Shown piece by piece: positions 57,377-64,000 of a stretch of 64,000 nucleotides of DNA (positions are counted from its first letter, which is position 1; each line of letters begins with the position of its first letter). Source of the stretch: Flavobacteriaceae bacterium. Its GTDB lineage: Bacteria; Bacteroidota; Bacteroidia; Flavobacteriales; Flavobacteriaceae. The position numbers were made by a program, and so were the translations under genes. The stretch spans positions 2,495,127-2,559,126 of the forward strand of contig OZ244589.1 in NCBI GenBank assembly GCA_965218065.1, written 5' to 3'. The notes below the pieces were generated by a model, which saw only the letters and a program-made list of their open reading frames with translations, was not told the DNA's origin and ran no database searches.

Positions 57377-57904
57377 ATGGAAAAAATAGGTTTAGGCGGA
57401 GGATGTCATTGGTGCACCGAGGCGGTTTTTCAATCTCTTAAAGGAGTATCGAATGTAGCACAAGGGTATCTAAACTCAAGAGAATATTCTTCTTCATTTT
57501 CAGAAGGTGTTATTGTTGAATTTGACCCAACGATCATTCCCTTGCATCTCTTGTTAGAGATCCATGTTTTGACCCATAAAAGTCAGAGCGATCATTCGAT
57601 GCGTCCTAAATACAGATCTGCAGTATATGTATTCTCCGATGCACAACAAAAGGATGTCGAGGAGATCCTGCGAAAGTTAGACAGGAACGCTTCGTCAAAG
57701 ATTATAACCGAAATACTCTCTTATAATGACTTTAAATCGTCGCGAGAGGATATTCTAAATTATTATTACAACAATCCGGAAAAGCCGTTTTGTACAACAT
57801 ATATCGATCCAAAGATCAAGATCTTACAAAGACAGTTCTCAGATCATGTGGACACACAAAAAATATCACATTTATTAAAAATCGATGAAGAGTATAAAGC
57901 TTAG
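57377..57904 (+). CDS. Divergent MsrA-like protein
   Basis: 175 aa. [12 protein letters not shown] is retained, but the TGHAEVV-type segment is not recognisable. Confidence 0.7.
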   Translation: MEKIGLGGGCHWCTEAVFQSLKGVSNVAQGYLNSREYSSSFSEGVIVEFDPTIIPLHLLLEIHVLTHKSQSDHSMRPKYRSAVYVFSDAQQKDVEEILRKLDRNASSKIITEILSYNDFKSSREDILNYYYNNPEKPFCTTYIDPKIKILQRQFSDHVDTQKISHLLKIDEEYKA

Positions 57905-59102
57905 TATTCAAAATAGAAAAGGAATCACACTAAACGCACATTTAGAGTTGCCTGCTAATCAAAGACCAAATTATTATGCCATTTTCGCGCATTGTTTTAC
58001 CTGTAGCGCCAGTTTATCTGCGGTGAGAAATGTTAGTAGAACTTTAACCCAAGATGGTTTTGGTGTCGTACGTTTCGACTTTACAGGCTTAGGAAGAAGT
58101 GAAGGTGAATTTGCCGACAGTTATTTTTCTGCAAATGTGGATGACCTCTTAGATGTGCATAACTATATTTCACAGGAGTACCAAGCTCCATCCTTATTGG
58201 TTGGACATTCGCTAGGAGGTGCAGCTGTTTTAGTAGCTGCTTCGCTACTGAAAGACATAAAAGCAGTTGCAACTATAGGAGCCCCAGCGACGGTAAGCCA
58301 TGTTAAACATTTATTTTCTCATGGTATTGAAGAAATTCCAGAGAAAGGAAATGTAGAAGTAAACATTGGAGGGAGACCCTTCCGCATTAACAAAGATTTT
58401 GTGGAAGATTTTGACAAAACAGACCTCCCTACCATTGTAAAAAATTTACGCAAACCACTGCTTATCATGCACGCGCCTTTCGATAAAACCGTAGGTATAG
58501 AAAATGCACAACAGTTGTATATGAGTGCTCATCATCCAAAGAGTTTTGTCTCCTTAGATGGAGCAGATCACTTACTTATGGATCCTCAGGACAGTCGATA
58601 TGTTGGAAATGTAATTGGCACCTGGGTGCAGCGTTATTTTCCTCAGCAAGAAAACAAAATGCTGGATACCGAAGGTGAAAAACTAGTAGGGCATTTGAAT
58701 CTTGTCGAGGATAATTTCACCTCTTATCTACAAACAAAAAATCATTCCATTGTTGCTGACGAGCCCATCGGAATTGGAGACGATTTCGGTCCTTCTCCAT
58801 ACGATCTGTTAAACGCATCTCTTGCCGCTTGTACTATGATGACCTTAAAGATGTATGCGCAGCGCAAAAAATGGGATCTAAAAGAAGTGTTTGTCTACAT
58901 TACAAATTCGAAAAAACACAGTGATGATCTAGAGATTGAAACTGAAAATCCCGGATATTTAGACCATATTAGTAAAAAATTAAAATTTGTTGGTAACTTA
59001 GATGCTAGCCAACAACAACGTTTGAAAGAGATCGCATCGAGATGCCCCGTGCATAGAACATTAGAAAGAGGTGTTATCTTTGATACAGAAATTATCGCAT
59101 AA
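57885..59102 (+). CDS. Alpha/beta hydrolase fused to an OsmC-family domain
   Basis: 405 aa. GHSLGG nucleophile elbow. C-terminal OsmC pattern [20 protein letters not shown] ... CPVHRTL. Confidence 0.8.
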   Translation: MKSIKLSIQNRKGITLNAHLELPANQRPNYYAIFAHCFTCSASLSAVRNVSRTLTQDGFGVVRFDFTGLGRSEGEFADSYFSANVDDLLDVHNYISQEYQAPSLLVGHSLGGAAVLVAASLLKDIKAVATIGAPATVSHVKHLFSHGIEEIPEKGNVEVNIGGRPFRINKDFVEDFDKTDLPTIVKNLRKPLLIMHAPFDKTVGIENAQQLYMSAHHPKSFVSLDGADHLLMDPQDSRYVGNVIGTWVQRYFPQQENKMLDTEGEKLVGHLNLVEDNFTSYLQTKNHSIVADEPIGIGDDFGPSPYDLLNASLAACTMMTLKMYAQRKKWDLKEVFVYITNSKKHSDDLEIETENPGYLDHISKKLKFVGNLDASQQQRLKEIASRCPVHRTLERGVIFDTEIIA

Positions 59103-59130
59103 ATACGGGTATAAAACATCAACCAACACT

Positions 59131-62100
59131 ATGAAGTATTTACAAAGAATAGCTTTCTCAGCATTAGCCCTACTTTTCTCTGCTTGTGCCACATATAATG
59201 CTCAATTTGCAACCAACAGTTCGACCATGGATGGCTCTCCCAAAGAGGTTTCTCATACATTCTATTTAATTGGTGATGCAGGAAATGCAAACATGAATGA
59301 AAGCACAAAGGCATTGGACGTTCTAACTAAAGAAATAGAGACGGCAACTAACAATTCGACATTACTTTTTTTGGGTGATAATGTATATCCATTAGGTATT
59401 CCACCAAAAAACTCAAAAGACTATGAGTTGGCCAAATATAGAATGGAAGCGCAGACCAACATTGCTAAAAACTTTAAAGGAAATACTTATGTGATTCCTG
59501 GCAATCATGATTGGTATCATGGTTTAGACGGTTTAAAAAGACAAGAAAAATTGGTAGAAAAAGCGCTTGGAAAAAATACCTTTTTACCCGAAAACGGCTG
59601 CCCATTAGAACGTGTCAAAATTTCGAAAGATATTGACATGATTATTATCGATACTCATTGGTACGTCACAAATTGGGATAATCATCCGAAGATCAATGAC
59701 AATTGCGAAATAAAAACCAGGGCCAAATTCTATGACGAATTAGAAGGTTTGATCAAAAAAGCACGAGGTAAAACCACCATCATAGCCATGCATCATCCTA
59801 TGTTTACTCAGGGACCTCATGCAGGAAAATACTCTTTTAAAAGTCACATGACTCCTGCACCGGTACTAGGAACTTTAAAAAACGTATTGAGAAAAACGAC
59901 AGGAGTTTCGAATGCCGATCAACAAAACAAGAGATATAACGAACTTAAAAAGAGGGTTGTTACCTTATCTCAGGAAAATGATAAAACCATTTTCGTTTCG
60001 GGCCATGAGCATAGTTTACAGTATATAGTTCAGGATAACATTCCTCAAATTGTAAGTGGGTCAGGGTCGAAAACAAGTGCTACTAAACTTTCTGGTGGAG
60101 GATTATTTGCATATGGTGAACAAGGTTTTGCAAAATTGATCGTGTACAAGGATGGATCGTCCAAAGTGCAGTTCTTCACCTTGGATGACGCAAATCCGGT
60201 ATTTGAAAGCCATGTTCTAAAAGCAAATAAAGCGCAAACGTTAATCCAATATCCTACCGATTTTCCTGAAACTGTGGAGGCTCCTATTTACTCAAAAGAG
60301 GAAACCACAAAAGGAAACACATATAAATTCTTTTGGGGTGATCGTTATAGGTCCTATTATAGTAAGAATGTACTTGCCCCGACAGTGCGATTAGATACCT
60401 TATTTGGAGGTTTAACGCCTGTGCGCAAAGGTGGAGGGCATCAATCTAAATCATTACGACTGGAAGATGCTCAGGGAAGAGAATACGTAATGCGTGCATT
60501 GCGCAAGAATGCTCTGCAATACCTGCAAGCAGTAGCCTTTAAAGATCAATATATTGAAGGTCAATTTAACGATACATATACTCAAAAATTGCTGCTGGAT
60601 GTTTTTACAGGAGCACATCCGTATGCTCCGTTTACCATAGGAACTTTAGCCGATGCTGTAGGAGTATTCCACACAAACCCTGTGTTGTATTATATTCCAA
60701 AACAAGAACGATTAGGAGTATATAATAATGAATTTGGCGATGCCTTGTACATGATCGAAGAACGCGCAGCGTCCGGTCATGGCGATAAGAAGAGTTTTGG
60801 ATTTTCGAATAAACTGATCAGTACGGACGACCTTTTAAAGAAGATCCATTCAGACGAAGATCATGAAGTGGATGAGCAGGCATACATCAGGGCACGTTTA
60901 TTCGACATGCTCATTGGTGACTGGGATCGTCATGAAGATCAATGGCGTTGGGCGGTTTTTAAAGAGAACGGGAAGACCGTTTATAGACCTGTCCCCAGGG
61001 ATAGGGATCAAGCTTTTTCCATTATGGCAGATGGATTCTTACTGAATTTCGCAACCAAGGTAATTACGAACTTATCCTTAATGCAGTCCTATGACGAGGA
61101 TATTCGTAACGTAGCCGGATTTAATTTGGAACCGTATCCATTAGATATGGCGCTGATCAATGAGTCAACTAAAAAAGATTGGGATGCGCAGGTTTCACAT
61201 ATTGTTACCAATCTTACAGATGATGTGATCGAAAAAGCATTTGCTTTTTTCCCTCCGGAAGTCAATGATGAAACCATTAACGACATCAAAAGAAAATTAG
61301 AGGGTAGGCGCAAAAACCTTCAGCATATCTCGGATACTTATTTTAAACATATCAATCGATTTCAGGTAGTAAAAGGAACCGATAAAGATGATTGGTTCGA
61401 TATTGAACGTATGCAAAATGGTCAAACAAAAGTCACTGGATACCGTATTAAAAAAGGGAAGAAAGCCGATATCTTTCATCAAAAAACCTATTCAAGAGCT
61501 CACACCAAAGAGATCTGGATCTATGGATTGGACGACGACGATATGTTTGTGGTGCAAGGTGATGGAAACAACATGATCAAAGTAAGAATCATTGGAGGTC
61601 AGAACAAGGACACCTATGATATTCGAAACGGAAAGAAAGTTATCGTATATGATTATAAGTCTAAGAAAAGTGAATTCTTGACCAACAAAGGAAGAAAACG
61701 GTTGACAGATGATTACGAAACGAATATTTACGATCATAAAAAACTGAAGAACAATGCCGTCCAATATTTACCCGCCATTGGTGGTAATCCCGATGATGGT
61801 TTAAGCATAGGAATGGCCAATACCTTTATAGCGAATGGTTTTGAACGCAATCCATTTACCTATAAACACACCATTTATGGTGCGTATTATTTAGCGACCA
61901 ATGGTTTTCAATTGAATTATAATGGCGAATTCGCAAACGTGGTAGGAAGGGCTAATTTAGGGATAGACGTTGCCTTTACCAGTCCTAACTTTGCAACCAA
62001 TTTCTTTGGATACGGAAATCAATCTATCAATTTAGAACCCGATAACGACGCTATTGAAAGAGATTATAACCGTGTAAAGATGAGACAACTTCATTTCGGC

Positions 62101-62802
62101 ACATCCCTACTTTGGAAAGGTGATCTAGGTTCTCTAGTAAAGCTTTCAGCCAACTATCAGGCAATTGAAGTAGATAATACTCAAGGGCGATTTGTAAATG
62201 TAACTACACAATTACCTGCTCGGGTCTTTACCAATCAAAATTTTATCAATGGGGAATTAAGTTATCATTTCAAAAACACAGATAATGCTGCCTTTTCTAC
62301 CATGGGAATGGAAACGCATTTGATCTTTGGATATACCTCCAATTTAGATGCGTCAACAGGGTTTGGTTATTTTAAACCATCCATATCTTTTGACTATAAA
62401 CTTTCGAACAGTGGTAATATCGTTTTTGCAACAAAATTAGCCGGACAGATGAACTTTGGTGATGATTTTGAATTTTATCAAGCGGCTCGATTAGGTGCAA
62501 GAAACGGGTTACGTGCCTATCGTTTTGATCGATTCTTAGGTAAAAGTGCATTCTATCAAAGTTCTGATATTAGAGTCAACTTGAAAAAAGTAAAAACCGG
62601 ATTGCTTCCATTATCGATTGGTATTTTTGGTGGATTCGATTACGGAAAGGTTTGGATCGATAACTTCCCGACAGGTGACTGGAACACTTCTGTGGGAGGT
62701 GGTGTTTTCTTTGATGCTGCCGATATGCTCTCTGCCCGAATTTCTGCTTTTAATGGAGATGATGGTTTGCGTATCGCATTTGGTGTAGGATTCGGATTTT
62801 AA
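59131..62802 (+). CDS. Calcineurin-like metallophosphoesterase fused to an Omp85/surface-antigen-like beta-barrel
   Basis: The start is set at MKYLQRIAFSALALLFSAC (lipobox); the track start at 59071 lies inside the upstream gene. GDAGN, GDNVYP, GNHDW and GHEHSLQ are present. The C-terminal barrel ends ...GLRIAFGVGFGF. Confidence 0.8.
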   Translation: MKYLQRIAFSALALLFSACATYNAQFATNSSTMDGSPKEVSHTFYLIGDAGNANMNESTKALDVLTKEIETATNNSTLLFLGDNVYPLGIPPKNSKDYELAKYRMEAQTNIAKNFKGNTYVIPGNHDWYHGLDGLKRQEKLVEKALGKNTFLPENGCPLERVKISKDIDMIIIDTHWYVTNWDNHPKINDNCEIKTRAKFYDELEGLIKKARGKTTIIAMHHPMFTQGPHAGKYSFKSHMTPAPVLGTLKNVLRKTTGVSNADQQNKRYNELKKRVVTLSQENDKTIFVSGHEHSLQYIVQDNIPQIVSGSGSKTSATKLSGGGLFAYGEQGFAKLIVYKDGSSKVQFFTLDDANPVFESHVLKANKAQTLIQYPTDFPETVEAPIYSKEETTKGNTYKFFWGDRYRSYYSKNVLAPTVRLDTLFGGLTPVRKGGGHQSKSLRLEDAQGREYVMRALRKNALQYLQAVAFKDQYIEGQFNDTYTQKLLLDVFTGAHPYAPFTIGTLADAVGVFHTNPVLYYIPKQERLGVYNNEFGDALYMIEERAASGHGDKKSFGFSNKLISTDDLLKKIHSDEDHEVDEQAYIRARLFDMLIGDWDRHEDQWRWAVFKENGKTVYRPVPRDRDQAFSIMADGFLLNFATKVITNLSLMQSYDEDIRNVAGFNLEPYPLDMALINESTKKDWDAQVSHIVTNLTDDVIEKAFAFFPPEVNDETINDIKRKLEGRRKNLQHISDTYFKHINRFQVVKGTDKDDWFDIERMQNGQTKVTGYRIKKGKKADIFHQKTYSRAHTKEIWIYGLDDDDMFVVQGDGNNMIKVRIIGGQNKDTYDIRNGKKVIVYDYKSKKSEFLTNKGRKRLTDDYETNIYDHKKLKNNAVQYLPAIGGNPDDGLSIGMANTFIANGFERNPFTYKHTIYGAYYLATNGFQLNYNGEFANVVGRANLGIDVAFTSPNFATNFFGYGNQSINLEPDNDAIERDYNRVKMRQLHFGTSLLWKGDLGSLVKLSANYQAIEVDNTQGRFVNVTTQLPARVFTNQNFINGELSYHFKNTDNAAFSTMGMETHLIFGYTSNLDASTGFGYFKPSISFDYKLSNSGNIVFATKLAGQMNFGDDFEFYQAARLGARNGLRAYRFDRFLGKSAFYQSSDIRVNLKKVKTGLLPLSIGIFGGFDYGKVWIDNFPTGDWNTSVGGGVFFDAADMLSARISAFNGDDGLRIAFGVGFGF

Positions 62803-62811
62803 ATAAACAGT

Positions 62812-63483
62812 ATGTATAAGATATTACATAAGTATCGGTTTATCATTTTCTTTGGCACTCAACTCGCCATTTTATTTGGTTCCTTAATTATTCATACCGC
62901 TGTTTTTACAGAAAAAGTAGTTCCTGTCCTGTTTTTGATAAATATTGCTAGCGGATTGCTAATGATCTCCCATAAAAAGATCCTTGCCTGGTTCTATACC
63001 ATCTTGTTTGTTCTATCGCTCATTTTCTTTGGCATGGATATTATCAAAGATAGTGGTATCGGGCCTAATTTGACCAAACGCTTTTTTGTGTATTTCTTGT
63101 TTTATGCCTCAGTGACCTACGGTATCATACATCAGGTGTGGCAATCAAAAAAAGTAAACAGTAAGGTAATGATCGGTTTGATCAGTGGTTATATTTCTAT
63201 CGGATTTATTGCGTTCTTTCTATTTTCTACATTGGAGATCTATAACTCAGATTCTTTTGTAGGTCAGCTATTCACTCCAGAATTTACGATTGCAGAGCGA
63301 TTAGATGCTTTACTATATTTTAGCTATGTTACGATTTTAACCATTGGATATGGAGATATTGTTCCGGCAACTCCTATGGCTCAAAAAGCAGTCGTTCTAG
63401 TAGGTTTAGCAGGGCAATTTTATACACTTATCGTTACCGCGGTAGTGCTCGAAAAGTATATTCGACATTCAAAGAAAGAATAA
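62812..63483 (+). CDS. Potassium-channel-family membrane protein
   Basis: 223 aa with several TM helices and the canonical filter TILTIGYGDIVP. Confidence 0.8.
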   Translation: MYKILHKYRFIIFFGTQLAILFGSLIIHTAVFTEKVVPVLFLINIASGLLMISHKKILAWFYTILFVLSLIFFGMDIIKDSGIGPNLTKRFFVYFLFYASVTYGIIHQVWQSKKVNSKVMIGLISGYISIGFIAFFLFSTLEIYNSDSFVGQLFTPEFTIAERLDALLYFSYVTILTIGYGDIVPATPMAQKAVVLVGLAGQFYTLIVTAVVLEKYIRHSKKE

Positions 63484-63564
63484 TGTTATTCATATGATTT
63501 AACTCATAAAAAAAGAAGCAGTTCTTTAAGATCTTTGTATTAGAAACTATGTAACATATAACAA

Positions 63565-63906
63565 ATGGAAACAGCATCTCTTTATAAAGATCTTGAATAC
63601 AATGCAACCAAACCCATCATCAACGTATTATTGGATACTCCCTTTACCAAAGAAATTAGAATAGCTATGCAAGAAGGAACCATCATGAAAGAACATAAAA
63701 CTCCATTTCCTATAGTGGTGCAGGTAGTTGAAGGAGCTATCACTTTCGGGGTACAAGGAAGTTCTTTGAAAATGAAAACCGGAGACCTGATCGCTTTAGA
63801 AGGCGATATCTATCATGATCTCACAGCTACTAAAAATAGTATAGTTCGTCTAACGTTAACCAAACAAGATAATACCAACCGTGTAAAAAATGTCGCAGAA
63901 AATTAG
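63565..63906 (+). CDS. Cupin-domain protein
   Basis: 113 aa, beta-rich. The GD..AL.GD..H pattern is consistent with a small cupin. Confidence 0.55.
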   Translation: METASLYKDLEYNATKPIINVLLDTPFTKEIRIAMQEGTIMKEHKTPFPIVVQVVEGAITFGVQGSSLKMKTGDLIALEGDIYHDLTATKNSIVRLTLTKQDNTNRVKNVAEN

Positions 63907-64000
63907 AACTTCGATCAAAATTAGTATTCCCGTAATTTCTTTTATATGGGTCGGGATGGTTTTGGGTATCTCTTTTTTAGAGGCTCCTCTAAAATTTCAA
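63890..64000 (+). CDS. 5' part of a membrane protein gene truncated by the window edge
   Basis: Own translation: MSQKIRTSIKISIPVISFIWVGMVLGISFLEAPLKFQ. It is open to the window end and overlaps the cupin stop. Confidence 0.35.
   Translation, partial: MSQKIRTSIKISIPVISFIWVGMVLGISFLEAPLKFQ

Noticed and set aside
59071-59130. A 20-codon N-terminal extension of the metallophosphoesterase-Omp85 ORF.
   Set aside because: It overlaps the end of the upstream hydrolase/OsmC gene. The Met at 59131 starts a canonical lipoprotein signal peptide.

Overview
This is a low-GC Bacteroidota (Flavobacteriia-like) chromosomal segment. Supporting marks are T9SS C-terminal sorting domains, TAnnTTTG -7 promoter boxes and the era/der housekeeping genes.

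- **1-12.3 kb (minus strand):** one tightly packed operon. It encodes a small Pro/Ser/Ala-rich Gly-Gly peptide, a HlyD-type adaptor, two ABC exporters, a TolC-like OMP and a multimodular NRPS. One exporter has a C39-like N-domain whose catalytic Cys/His positions read as Ser/Lys. The NRPS runs off the window edge, so it is absent from the ORF track; I found it by reverse-strand translation.
- **12.6-24.9 kb:** a PadR plus membrane-protein pair, a run of secreted or lipoprotein enzymes, a membrane-anchored AraC regulator, a 2-TM channel and a HAD hydrolase.
- **25.1-36.6 kb:** a 2291-aa and a 791-aa T9SS-sorted surface protein that share a C-terminal module, plus a 7TM/LuxR one-component regulator.
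- **37.29-44.92 kb:** a 7.6-kb integrative island inserted in the 3' end of an initiator-type tRNA-Met gene, bounded by a perfect 28-nt direct repeat. It carries a tyrosine integrase, an XRE repressor with a palindromic operator, a P-loop/SF2-like NTPase plus GIY-YIG nuclease pair, and a translationally coupled module of a channel-like protein, a LytS-like kinase and a receiver-only protein.
- **45-64 kb (mostly plus strand):** era, der, an OM beta-barrel protein, a GAF-like protein, an HD-plus-TM protein and a coupled msrB-msrA-grx-selO-msrA2-hydrolase/OsmC redox operon. These are followed by a metallophosphoesterase-Omp85 fusion, a K+ channel and a cupin.

I saw no rRNA, CRISPR array or transposase. 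All domain calls are by-eye motif recognition, not database searches.
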